From Oikopleura dioica (Eukaryota > Animalia > Chordata): a stretch of 64,000 nt of DNA. The notes under the pieces are model-generated. The model was not told the origin of the DNA. It saw nothing but the letters and a program-made list of their open reading frames with translations, and did not search any database. Where the stretch lies: positions 1,116,001 through 1,180,000 of the forward strand of contig OU015569.1 of NCBI GenBank assembly GCA_907165135.1, read 5' to 3'. The position numbers were made by a program, and so were the translations under genes. This document shows, in pieces, positions 24,842 to 37,600 of this stretch (position 1 is its first letter; the number at the start of each line of letters is the position of its first letter).

Positions 24842-25840
24842 GACGAAAGCAAAACGAAAAAAGGACACATTATAAAGAAAAAAAATCAAGTTCATTCAAA
24901 AAGAATATTTTTGTGACTGTCATTTTACTGTAAATTCTACCCGTTGTCTCATATAAAACATAACGATTACACTTCCGAAAGAAAAAAAAAAGAAAATTTT
25001 CAAAAGAAAGAAAACATTATTTGTGAATAAATTTCAACCAAAAAAAAAACAATCTTATCAGCTATTAAAAACTAATCTAGCGAGGACCCCATTCGTTATC
25101 ACTTGTATCCACTATTTTGGAATAGACAAAATTGCCATACATTCCGAGTTTTAGGTTACGAGGCTTCTCAATAATTTCAACTTATTATCTGCATTACTAC
25201 TTTAAAAATCAGCATCTGTGATCAACTTGAGCATGTCTATTCAAACCGTAGATCGCAAAACAAAACAAAAACAACGATCCTTCTCAAACAGTCCTAAACC
25301 ATTTTACAGAAAAATGACAATAAACTTTTCCAATGTATAACTTAGACAATTTTGTTTTTCTGCGACTCCAAGTCCCAGAAAACGAGAAAGAGAATTGAAC
25401 CAATTCTTGTTGCATTTTCACCCATCATACTATTTACTTCAGTGTTTTTATTAAATACTAACACCGCTACTTGTATAGCTTCACTTTCCCTTTTTCGTAT
25501 TGATTATTTGTCGATACTTTTCTAGCTTTTTTTTCTAAAAATATAATTCTTAATAATAAATTCTCAAAGTACCTTCATTCATAAAAAAAACTCACCGAAC
25601 GTGCTTAAAATTCAAAACTTGCTAAATTGAATTTAGTTACTAAAAATACTTTCATCTTCATTTTAATTCTACTACGCTTCTGGCCAAGTTTCTTGGTATG
25701 GCAGCGTTTCAATGTCCCGCTACATGTACCTATTTCATATTTGCTAGCCTGTTCTATTGACTGATTATTAAAAAAATAACGTTCGAAATTTTAATATTTT
25801 TAAACGACATCTCCAAACGAACTCCATTCAGATTTTCGCG

Positions 25841-27203
25841 ATGGGAAAGAAGCCAGAAGCAGGAACGCCAAAAGCGTTGTCCAACCAGATGAAGTCGAAG
25901 GGAATGCAAAAGCTGCGTTTCTACTGCCAGCTCTGTCAGAAGCAATGCCGCGACGAGAACGGTTTCAAATGCCATCTCATGTCAGAGGTAAACTAGTTCG
26001 TTTCAACTTTGAACTAACGAAAGAGATAAGGGTCATCAACGGCAGATGCTTTTGTGTGCGGATGATCCAGGCCATTTGAATAAAGTAACGTCCGAATTCT
26101 CGGCAGACTTTCTCGGCGGTTTCCTTCAAATCCTGCGCCTCTGCTACGCCGGGCAGCGGGTCTCTGCGAACAAAGTCTACCAAGACTACATCTCCGATCG
26201 GAACCACACTCACATGAATGCGACGCGCTGGCACACGCTTTCCGGCTTCGTCCAATGGCTCGGCAAAACTGGCTACTGCAAGATTGACTTTGTCGAAGAG
26301 AAGAACCAGTGGTTCCTCGAGTACGTGGATAACTCGCCAGAGACGCTGCAGCGTAAGGCGGAACAGGAGAAGCTCAAGAAAGCGCGGAAAGACGACATGG
26401 AGCGGCAGCAGGACGCGATTGCCCAAATGATTGAACGAGGAAAGCAGCGCGAAGTTGAAAAGGGCCTTGCTCTTCCTGAAAGCGTGGCGACAGAACTGAA
26501 GCGCGACGATTCCGACGCGCCGATCAAAGTCAACTTGGGATTGAAGAAACTGACGCAAAGCTCAGCCCTGAAAAGCGTGAACCCTTTCGAAAACTTGAAA
26601 CGGAAAGCGATTGAAAACGCGATTGAAAAGAAGAAGGCGATCAAGCAAGAGCCGGGAAAGACGAGCATGATGGAGCAGATTCGCCGCGCAGAGCAATCCA
26701 TGAAGAGACCGAAACTCGAACCCGATATTAAGACGGAGCCTGATATCAAACAAGAACCGGGTGTTGAGGCAAAACCGAAGGTCAAGGAAGAACCTGGGAG
26801 CGAAAAGGCGCCCGAAGAGAAATGGATCCATAAGAATATCGTCGTTAAAGTCATGAATAAAAAGCTGGGAGAAAATTTCTACAAGCAAAAAGGTCTCAGA
26901 ATGAGTTGAAACTTGAAATTATTGAAATTGGTTTTAGGCTTCATCCAAAAGACAGAAGACTTCATGGCAGTGGTGAAGATGCTCGAGAGTGGGAAGCGTG
27001 CGAAGATTGATCAGGTTGATCTGGACACGGTCATCCCAAGTGTCGGCCGAGAGGTCGTCATTTTAGTAGGGAAATATCGAGGCGAGATCGCAACGCTCAA
27101 AGAAATCCACCAGAGCAAGTTCAAAGCAACTGTCAAATTCGGCGACAAATACCGCGACTTTCCATACGAACACATATCCAAGTATTATTCCAACGAGAAA
27201 TAA
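25841..27203 (+). CDS. KIN: DNA/RNA-binding protein KIN17
   Basis: MGKKPEAGTPKALSNQMKSKGMQKLRFYCQLCQKQCRDENGFKCH zinc finger, HMNATRWHTL winged helix, KOW-like C-terminus (VIPSVGREVVILVGKYRG). Confidence 0.96.
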
Positions 27204-27315
27204 TAATGAACCGCTTCATCCCTGTTTCTTAAAATCTTCTTCGCTGCCAATATTCTTTTGAAAATTATGTAAATTACGCAAAAAGTGAAAGCAATCAATA
27301 ATCTTCAGATCTGAT

Positions 27316-28292
27316 ATGGCTGCGCTTCCTCCGAAATACAAGCCGATTCTGAATGCATTCAGAACAGCGCAACAGTTTGAGAAAAAAGACACAGTTGTTG
27401 CTTACTGGTCGAGGTAATTTAGACTCAATATTGCGGCGTCTTATTAAATCGAGAATAGGTTTTATTGCGTTCAAGAGGCGATGAAGATCGATTCGAAAGA
27501 CAAAGATGGGCGAATGTGGATTCTATCGCAAATGGACTGGCTCGAGCAGGTGAAGAAGGCGCACGCAGAAAACGAGGCGATTACCCAGGAAGTAGTCGGC
27601 CAAGCTCATTTTGAAAATGCAACACTGGCATTATTCGCGCGAGCAGATGCAATGGACCGCGCCGCACAATTCACAGCAAATCTGCCAAAAGTAAATAAAC
27701 TTGTGAAAATGCAAATAATCATTGAAAAATTCTGATAAGATCTTCGCTATGACCGCTTCACTCATCAATATCATGACAATCTTCGGCGAGGTATCTGAAG
27801 ACTGGGCGGAAAAGAAGAAATATGCGCTTTACAAAACGGTTGACATCACGAAATGTCTCAAAGAAGGAAGACAACCTGTGCCCGGTCCTCCAGGCGGTTT
27901 TCAGGGTTCGTTGATCATTATTTTGACTTGTGATATCGGATTTTAAAGATGAGGAAGACGAGCTCGATCAGCTCGGCGTAGAAGATACTCCTTCCTCCTC
28001 ATACGTACCGCCGCAAGAGCCAAGCACGAGCAGTTTTCAGCCGCCAGCAGAGCCAACTTTCACCCCTCCCGTCGTGCCCGAAGCCGCTCCTCGTAGTGTG
28101 CCTACTCCTAAGGCCGAGCCAGCTCCCGCTGCTGTGAATCCAATCGCAGGATTCCGCCCGGACCAAGCTCAAATCGACAAAGCCTCGAAGAACGCAAAAT
28201 TTGCCATTTCGTCGTTGACATACGACGATGTGCCGGGTGCAATCAGTTTCCTTCAAAAATCACTCCGACTTCTTCAAACTGGCCAAGAATAA
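27316..28292 (+). CDS. VTA1: Vacuolar protein sorting-associated VTA1 (ESCRT/VPS4 cofactor)
   Basis: MIT-region VVAYWSRFY and MDWLEQVKK; Pro-rich linker; VSL domain ASKNAKFAISSLTYDDV. Confidence 0.93.
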
Positions 28293-28409
28293 TTCCTCTC
28301 CTTTCGTTCAAATCCAACACAGAAATTATTCCCTTCTTTCTATTTCTAGAACAGCGCTTGTTTTGCAAGCTGAAATTCATTATTGCATTCAGTTAGAAAA
28401 AAGTCGAAA

Positions 28410-29669
28410 ATGGCGAACGAGGAGAGGCACTGTTTCATTACTGAGTGGTACGACACTCATGCTGAAATTCGGCGAAGATACCAGCTCATGCGATACCCAG
28501 TGAGTTTTGCTTCTTCGGGCTGAGATGATTTTGATTTTTAGGATAAAACCATTACAATGTACGACATCAAAAACCGAAGAAAGTTCCTCAGCCGAACCGC
28601 GATGTCTGACATCCCAGAGAAACTTTTCATTGGCACCAAGTTAAATATTCACAGCAGGCAGCACACAATTGTTGCATATGGTGACGATAAGACTGAAACT
28701 GTAAGCTCTCGTGTACCAGAATCATTTATAAACGGCATTTCAGGATCACTCCGGGCTCAACGAAGCGATCCTCTTCGTCTTTCCCGAATCGAAATGGAAC
28801 GCAGTTGGAGATGTCTTGAACAATGTCTACAAAAACGGACTCAAGATAACAAACGTAAAATCGCTTCACCTGAATAAAGATTGCGCTGAAATCGCCGGTT
28901 TCGAAGGACGAGCTCTCGCCATGGCTGTTCAAGGTTTGTCTCTAGCCTTGTTTCATTTTTCTTTACCGTTTCTTCAGGCAATGATTCATTCGCTCTTATG
29001 AGCAAGTGCACTAACCCAGCTGACGTTGGCTACGTTTCTACTGACAAGGAGGCAGTCCCAAGGTGCGTTTTTAATTCCCCAAAGCGCCTGTTTAACTTCG
29101 TCTTTAGACACTTGGAATCATTCTTCAGCGATATTTCCATGCAGAGCACTTCTCTTCGAAATGAACAGTGCACTTGCGCCGTAATCAAACCATCATTCCT
29201 TCATCGATCCGGAGAAATTATCAACGCCATTGAGAAAGCTGGTAAGTGCGCATTTATAATGCACGATTTTATCGTTTGTTTAGGCTTTCAGATCACCGCC
29301 ATGAGATTGAACTCGTTGGATAGAAAAGAAGTCGAGGAGTTTTACGAAGTTTACAGAGATGTCGTCACAGAGTACACTGGAATGGTGGACGAACTCAGCT
29401 CCGGGCCCAGTCTGGCTCTTGAGATTTCCACGATTCCCGAAGGAGAACATACGGTACTTGCGACATGGCTTTTCGGACTTAGATTTGCAGCACTTGTTTA
29501 GAGATTCCGCGAGTTCTGCGGCCCAGTTGACCCCAAAGTCGCAGCGGCTATTCGACCAGGAACCCTGCGCGCGATCTTCGGCATCAATCGCATCAAGAAC
29601 GCCATCCACTGCACTGATTTGGACACTGACGGAGCCTTCGAATCAAACTACATGTTCAACGTTCTATAA
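28410..29669 (+). CDS. NME7: Nucleoside diphosphate kinase homolog 7 (DM10 + two NDK domains)
   Basis: DM10 (EWYDTHAEIRRRYQL; MYDIKNRRKFLSRT); NDK-B CTCAVIKP ... FRE.CGP.DP..A..IRPGTLRAIFG...KNAIHCTDL. Confidence 0.92.
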
Positions 29670-29798
29670 GCTTCCTTCGACCACACGTGCCTCATGCTTT
29701 ACATAATCACACAATTATTTTCACTACTTTCTATATTATTTTTATAATAAAACTAAATCTTAAAAGAGAAAATCGAATTATCACGTGTTTGTTTTCAG

Positions 29799-31165
29799 AT
29801 GAGCTTCTTCGGATTCGGGAGGCCAGCGGACGTTTCGATAAGGTTGTCTGATGAAAGCACGCGGCGCAGGGTCTTGCATAATGTCTCAGATAGAAGTAAC
29901 CAGCAGCAGTGCGTCGACGGGTTAATTGAAGTGTTTTAGAAAAAGAGCCCTTGTTGCTCTACTACGACGGAGAAACCATCGCTGGCATGGTTGACGTCAA
30001 CTTAAAAAAGTCAAACGTGAAAAAAGTTGATCACAAGGTTTGCTAACACTCGAAGGAGACAACTTTTTTATTGTTCATTTCGGCAGGGAATTCGCGTTGA
30101 AGTCACTGGTCAGATTGAATTGTTCAACGATCGAGGGAACACCCATGACTTCCTGTTTCTCGTCAAACACTTGGCCGGTCCAGAGTCACTAACGAGCGAC
30201 AGGTCGTACGAATTCGAGTTTCCAAACGTTGAAAAGCCTCACGAAAGCTATCATGGAACGAATGTTCGATTACGCTACTTTGTCAAGGCTACTGTCATGC
30301 GTGGGATGGCACAGCCAAATATAAGTAAGCCTTTTCTATGCGCTTATTTACATGTAATTGATGAAATATTCTAGCCCAGGAGCTTGAGTTTGTCGTCCAC
30401 ATGCTCAGCGCATATCCCAATGTGCCTAACCCTCTCAAAATGGAGGTGAGTCATTCATATTGGGCCCAATGCTAATGTTATCATGATTTATTCAGGTTGG
30501 CATTGAGGACTCTCTTCATATCGAGTTTGAGTACAACAAATCCAGATATCATTTGGATGAGGCGATCATCGGTAATTGCTGTCATTCGACTTTAAATTCA
30601 CTTTTTTCCAAGGGAAAATTTCTTTTATTCTTGTGCGCGTCAAGATCAAACACATGGAGATCGACTTGATCCGAAGGGAACAAACAGGCAGCGGTCCATC
30701 CAACTACATGGAGCAAGAGTCCATCGGCAAATACGAAATCATGGACGGCGGGCCGGCCAAAGGCGAAGTCATTCCCATCAGATTGTTCCTCAAATCTTTC
30801 CAAGGGCAGCCAACAATGAAGGTGCCTTACTAACCTTTGTTCCGCCTAGTTTTATATTTTTATAGGAAGTGGCGAAGAAATTCTCTGTAAGGTACTTTCT
30901 GAACTTGGTCCTAGTTGACGAAGAGGACCGCCGCTACTTCAAACAACAGGTGACTGATTTTCTGATCCCCTTTTCGATTAAATGAATTCAGGAGATCACC
31001 CTCTGGAGAAAAGCGTATCTAAATGAGAACCGTATTCCAACAAATCAGTTTATATCCTCACAGCTTCCAAATGGCAATTTTGTGAACGAGAAGGCAGAGC
31101 AGCCTCCCGTTGACGACGATAAATCAGCGCTAGTGGCCTCTGAAGCGCCCGAAGCAGCATTCTAA
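29799..31165 (+). CDS. VPS26: Retromer subunit VPS26
   Basis: [97 protein letters not shown]. Confidence 0.96.
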
Positions 31166-31805
31166 GTTTCACCTACGTTTTGCCATGTCGAACTAGCCTA
31201 GGCCGCAGTTTCAAACCGCTCAAGCTCATTATCAAATTGTCAAAAAATATTCCTAGCTGATGGATAATGAAACAATGTCCCTAGATTAGCTTTATTTTCT
31301 CAGTTATCGAGTTTCATTTTCAATTTCAAGAACTGTCAAAATTCAGCAATTATCCAGCTTATTTTCTATTTATTTGATTCTGCATTTAAAATCATCAATT
31401 TATTCTATTATTCGAGAACTTAGTGCAATCATCAAAAGATCGAGTTCACACACCTCCAATTTTGCCTATCACCTTATCCGAGCCCGTTTCTTCTCACTGG
31501 TCTATTCTTTTATTCCTAGAATTCCTTACTATATTCATACTTGCTCGGCAACTTCAATTGAACATTGATAGACTCCATATGCTCACATGTTTACCGGTTT
31601 CTGTAAATAAATGCCCATTTCATTCATTTGCTCCTTATTTTGAACACCTTTCTATAATAATACACTAAAACTTCTTATTTAGAATGAGTACCGGTCAATG
31701 TAAACCGTTGGGCTATGCCGAAAAAGTATTGGAAAAGAACAGGAAGAGGCCAGTCTGGATGCCAACAATAGTACGATCAACATGGCCCAGATAGACATGG
31801 TCCTC

Positions 31806-32050
31806 TTCGAAAAAACCACCTAAAATGATTTTACTGTTCTATTTCCTCACTTTTTTTCTGCACTACCTGAGCATTTTTTTTTCGATGAAGGTTCCCACTG
31901 CTCCCCCCCCTCTTGGCTGAAAGTAAGTAAGTGTTTTGGCTCGGTAGGGGGCCCAGTGTAGTAGGAACCTTCATCGAAAAAACCACCTACTAGGTGCGTA
32001 ATGCCTTGGTTTTTTCGATGAAACCGACATCGAAAAAACCACCTATTTTT
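31806..32050. repeat. Cluster of direct and inverted CGAAAAAACCACCTA-type motifs (probable MITE relic)
   Basis: Motif occurs three times (~31808, ~31975, ~32030); inverted pair TTTTTTCGATGAAGGTTCC (31877) / GGAACCTTCATCGAAAAAA (31964). Confidence 0.5.
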
Positions 32051-32161
32051 GTCGGCAAAAACCGAATACTGACCTGCTAAAGGCGCATATAATCGGTTGC
32101 GCCTAGTAATAAACTTCATTTACAATCTTAATGATTCCTAACCTTCAATTTTTAGAGTCGA

Positions 32162-32854
32162 ATGGGTCGAAGATCCCGATCACGGTCTCGCGATCGCGAC
32201 AGGGACAGAAAACGTAAAAAACACAAGAAACGCTCAAGGTCTCGTTCAAGAGAGCGCAAGCGTGAACGGAAAGAGCGTCGCCGCGATAGAAGGTTCACAT
32301 TTTCTTCTTTTTGCTTGTTTTAACACCCATTTCAATAGATCAAGAACACGATCTCGAAGTCCAGTAAAATCAAAGAAATCGGAAGCAATCGTCATTCGAA
32401 GCCGCTCTAACTCGCCCGATGTTCAAATTATGAAAACAGAGAAGGCCCCGGTTCAAGACTCTTCTGCGGATCTTGGCGCGTATGCAAAACTGTTCTCCAA
32501 GTCAAAAGTATGCATTGCCAACCATTCCTCCCTTTATTGCCTTTTAGGAACTTGAAGAAGAACGAAAACGGATGAAGGAAGCGTCGGAAAGAGTTCTGAG
32601 TGAAAAAGAAGCCCTTCTTGCTCCTTTATCAAATGAGAAGTCGGAAGAAGAAATGATGGCTGAGATGATGGGCTTCTCAAACTTTGATACCACTCAGAAT
32701 AAAGGTTTTCTACAAACAGCTAGAGCCAAAAGTTTACCATTTCCTAGGGCATGAGGACAACGACGTAGGAGAGAGCCGCTGCATCAAACAGCGAAAGTAC
32801 CGACAATATATGAACAGGAGGGGCGGCTTCAATCGTCCGCTTGACTCTATGTAA
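32162..32854 (+). CDS. SNRNP27: U4/U6.U5 tri-snRNP 27 kDa protein
   Basis: RS-rich N-terminus; EEEMMAEMMGFSNFDTTQNK; C-terminal RKYRQYMNRRGGFNRPLD. Confidence 0.94.
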
Positions 32855-32972
32855 CCTTTGATAGAATAATTTTTCAATAATCCTGCCGACAATTTGCGTA
32901 TTTTGACTTTTTTCCTCTTTTCCAACTGACCTTTTGATCCTCTGATCTAAATTTAACAAGCGTATTTAGAAA

Positions 32973-33803
32973 ATGGGACTCTTTGGCTTCTTGAAAGGGA
33001 AGAAAAAGTCTTCCGAAGGGTCTGCCGACTATCCGAGGCAAGACGGAGGATATCCACAACAGCAGCAGCAGCAGTTTCAGCAGCCACCGCAAGAGCAGTT
33101 CGGCCAACCGCAAGGCTATCCTCAGCCAGGCTACGCTCCAGAAGGTTACGCTCAACAGGGATACCCTCAACAAGGCTATCCGCCTCAAGGCCATCCAGAA
33201 CATCAAGGATACCCTCAAGATCCTGGATTTCCTCAGCAACAGTTCCAGGGATATCCTCCACATGAAGAACACCGTCAAATCGACAATGTAGACCGAAATG
33301 ATTCGGGTAAACATGTCACCGTATCATTCTATATACATTTGTCGTATTACGTATGAAAAAAGAGCCCTCCGTACATATATTGTCATAGCTTGTCAGTACC
33401 AATTCAAGCCAGACGAAGAGACATATCGATGTCTTGACTGCGAGATAACTGAAGACTGCCCTGTTCTCTGCCGAAACTGTTTTGAAGGTAACGAAAGCGC
33501 ATATTTTCATGCATCCATTTAATAATTAAGCTTCGGAGCACAAGAACCATCGATGGGAAATGCTCCGAGACGAGGGTGGCGGATGGTGCGATTGTGGAGA
33601 CGGAACTGCTTGGCGTCAGCCTTTCGTTTTCTGTCAGTTCCACGCTCCCAAATACGAACAGCCTCAGCAAGATCCTGGTATGCCTTACCCAGTTGCCGGT
33701 GGAGACGTCGGTTACAAGTAAGCCTCGAGCGTCTTTGTACCAATTATCGACTTTTTCAAGCGCATCATACGGAAACCCACCACCATATGGCCAACAATAT
33801 TGA
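32973..33803 (+). CDS. Stand-alone UBR-box (zf-UBR) protein, ~220 aa, with GYPQ repeats and PPxY
   Basis: Exons 32973-33306, 33389-33487, 33531-33717, 33761-33803 (all GT-AG, in phase) give [70 protein letters not shown], a full UBR-box Cys/His pattern. Confidence 0.85.
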
Positions 33804-34067
33804 ACTCCCACAGAAAATCAACACCGTCGATTCAACAACGACTAACCCCTCTTTTCTTCATCTTACTTGTATGCCGTGTTTAACTCTCATTTCTTAACGA
33901 CCGTTGCTAAACTAACCGTGCTTCTCCGATTGTAAATGTCCTTTCCTATTTCTTCAATTTGAATCCGAACGAAACTGTATTAAGCCTGTATACATTTCAA
34001 CTCGTTTCTTTTCCAGGAACTCATTTTATCGAATTCAACTCACTCGTGTTCTTTTAGAAATTGTGCA

Positions 34068-34478
34068 ATGCCGATTCTTGGCGACTTTGCGAAAGCTACG
34101 TTGAAGGCGGCAGTTGTACAAGCGGAAAATCGAAATCGGTTATTGGAGGAAGACTCCTGCTGGCGAGAACGCGAGAAAGAAAAAGATCCGAATCGCCCGA
34201 AAAATCGCTTCAAATTGGAAAAGGTCCGTCATCATTACTAAATAACCTTTGACGACAGATATTATTTCCAGGAAAGTCCAGAAAAGAGACGAAAGCGAAA
34301 ACAAGTTCTGCCAGCAAAAGAGATCGGCCCTGATCTGCCACCCGACCGCTACCGGTTCTTCAAAGCTCCTCCGAAAAAGAACGAAGAAGAAAAAGCATCG
34401 AGCGCCGAGAAACAAGGCACCAAAAAGTCCCGTAGTCGTTCAAGATCTCCCGTAAGAAGAAAGTCCCGCGAGAAATGA
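34068..34478 (+). CDS. Small basic RS-tailed, probably nuclear, protein (uncharacterised)
   Basis: Two exons (intron 34224-34271): MPILGDFAKATLKAAVVQAENRNRLLEEDSCWREREK...IGPDLPP...KSRSRSRSPVRRKSREK*. Confidence 0.7.
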
Positions 34479-34648
34479 GCGACGGGTGCATATTCTTTTT
34501 ATTATCTTTTGCTGCCGAAAAGACACGCGTCTGTTATTTGTTTAGTCCTGAAAAATTTGACACTGAAACTCTGAAAGAATTCAGACAATATATTTGCATA
34601 CTTCAGCATGCTCATAACGAGGTAGTCAAAAACAAAAAAAAAGCAATC

Positions 34649-37600
34649 ATGGACGATCAAGATTCGGACGTTTGCCGAGTATGCCGAATGGAAGGCACAG
34701 GTAATTTGAAATCGGCTGCTTCGTACTTCCTTATCTATTTCAATTTTTCAGCCAAGCGCGCTCTCTTCCATCCATGCCACTGCTCAGGCTCGATTCGCTT
34801 CGTTCATCAAGAATGTCTTGTCGAATGGCTCCGTGTATCCAAAAAGGATTTCTGCGAGTTATGCAATCACAAGTTCGCGTTCAAGCCGATTTACTCGGCC
34901 GACATGCCCGCTAGAATACCCATCTCCGAGTTCATTACCGGCCTGATTCGTTCCCTCCTTCGTGCTATCGGCTGTTGGCTTCATTACACGGCCGTTGCTC
35001 TTGCCTGGCTTGGTTTCGTTCCGCTTCTAACTTGCCGTATATTCTACTGGTGAGAGGTCGCATCATTTAGTTTCTTAATCGGCTCTTTTAGTTTATTTTC
35101 TTCGTCTACTTCGTTCTACAAACTTGCAATGGAGCCACTTTTTTCCACAGAGTACTTTATGCGCGACATTGTCACCGGTGGCTTTATCGTTGGCTGCACC
35201 ATGGGTAAACCTATCGAACCTCGAAGGTTCACTATGCTTCTTTTTCAGGCATTTTTGTGTGTTTGCTCTATCTTCGGGAGCAATTCATCCAAGGCGCATT
35301 TCAAAACATGCTGCAGAACAACGCAGAAGAAGCGGTTAATATTCAGCAGCAGATGATAAACGATATTCTCGCGGCTGAAGATCACTGGAACCTTGAAGAA
35401 GAGATCATGGGTCCGATTCACGAAGGAATGCAGCGGCTCGAAGAACTTGCAGAGGAGCAAGCAGCGCTTGAAGACCGAATTGAAAATCCTCTGGAGGCCA
35501 TGCTTCAAGAAAATCTTGAGCAAGAAAGAGCCGCTCGAGAAGAGCTTGTTCGTGCTCAAAGGGAGCTCGACGCTCTACAACGCCGGATAGGCAACTTTCC
35601 AGCTCAAGAAGATGATGAAGTCATCTTTAACGAGGTAGATTTTGGGTTTCAAGAACAAAATGTTTTGGTGAAAAAAGAGAGGTCCTACCGAGATTTGAAC
35701 TCGGATCGCTGGATTCAGAGTCCAGAGTGCTAACCGTTACACCATAAGACCGCTGAGGGTAACTCAACTCAAACTCTTTATATTGCCTTTTGTTTCATAC
35801 TGATTCAAGCCTTCCAAACTAAAGCGAATCTTTTAGGCTGAAAATGTTGAGCCAGCTGAACAATGGAATCTGGAAGAGCTGACTTGGGAGCGTATGCTCG
35901 GCTTGGATGGCTCCTTCGTCTTCTTGGAGCATGTTTTTTGGGTTGTTTCGCTCAACACACTCTTCATTTTCGTCTTCGCGTACACACCCTATCATGTCGG
36001 AAAAAGCATTTACACCACATTGCACATTCTCTCGGTTGTTGAGTCTTCTCAGCTTGCTGGTGGCTTGTTTACACTCACAGGTACAGTGGCATCGAGTACT
36101 CGTCTAAATTTAATGGTAACTTTATTCGCTAGGCTACGTTTTCTTCGCGTTTATTTTCCTGATGTTCCACCTCATTTCCTCGAAGATGAACATGGAGAAG
36201 CTCAGTAACCTGGCGAAAATCTGCTACATGTGTATCAAAGTAGGAATTCTACTCGTTGTCTGTATGATTATCATGCCTATCATATGTGGCTGGTGGATCG
36301 ACATTTGTTCCCTTTCAATGCTCAATGCTACACTTTCGGATCGACTCGGTAAGATCAAAAAGATAGCTTCGAACCTAACCAAAAAACTTGAAGTTTCTTA
36401 TCGAGCATCTCCGGGAGCATCGTTTGGATTCCACTGGCTCTTTGGTGCGTTGTTTATCTTCTACTTTGGGACTTTTCTGATCTTCACGAAGGAAGTGCTT
36501 CGCCCTGGACTTCTCTGGTTCATGCCAAACTTGAACGAGCCGGACTTCAGTCCGATCAGGAGATTGATGAATCAACGCCTCGTCCATCATCTACGGTAAC
36601 TTTCGATTTTCGATGCATCGTAAAAGTTACTTTCTTTTAGCCGTTTCCTCGTTTACATCGCTGTCTTTGGATTGTCAATTTTGTTCATCATCGCCGTTCC
36701 TGTTAAATTCATCAAATGGGCAGTACCTGATTTTCTCCCCTATCGTGTTTTCGCGATTTCGGACGAGCCACTAAATCATGTATCTCTTGAGCTCGTCACT
36801 CTTCAAGTTTTCCTTCCTACCTTGCTCGAGCAAACTCATATCAAGGTAACGAAAGGGACGTAAAGTCAAACTAACGCCTTCAGTTTTTCTTGAAGTCTCT
36901 GATTCGTCTTTGGGCTGAGCTTGTCGGCTGGGCTCTTGGCTTGAGAGGATATCTACTTGGAGAGCGGCTCGCGGATAGTAATGAAGGAGACCAAAGAAAT
37001 CAGCCTGGCTTCCTACGTGGCGCGGTTGAGAACGACGAAGACGGACAAAATCAAGAGCAAGACGAGGATATTTTCTGGAACCCGGAACATATCAACGATG
37101 ACCGAAATGAAATCCGAACTCATCATCTTTTTCAAAAGCCATCCCGCTTCCGCGGCCGAGTTGGCGTACTCTTGTTTGTCGTTGCTATTTCAATCTCGTC
37201 CTGTGCTGCTTCTGCAATTTACTTTCCAGTGTTGATGGGTAGGAAGATTTTAGCGTACACTGTTGGCCACAAACGCAGGGTGCACGAAATGTATACGGTT
37301 GGTAGCTTCGATTTTATCTCTGAAATTGACATTTTTAAATAGCTCTTTCTCGGACTGTTCGTTTGCTGGCTGCCTCTGCTTGGCATCACGATCGTCTCAC
37401 GATGGGCTCCGAAGGGATGGAAGTTCATGGCGAAGAACCTCGCTCGATCTATCAAAATCGCCGTAAAAATTTCAACAGCATTCGTTCTCGTTGCTGGAGT
37501 AACTGCTCTCCTGATGGGCCTTCTCTTCGACTACGCAATATTAACGCCTCTGCGAGTGCAACAGTACCAAACACCTATAAGTATGAATTCAAGTTTCGAA

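Noticed and set aside
25977-26888. Long antisense ORFs over KIN17 (and similar ones over USO1, TDRD9, POLD3)
   Set aside because: Shadow ORFs of strongly conserved genes on the opposite strand.
31013-31065. GC-AG intron at the VPS26 3' end
   Set aside because: The sequence reads through in frame ([11 protein letters not shown]...) to the same stop, so no intron is required.
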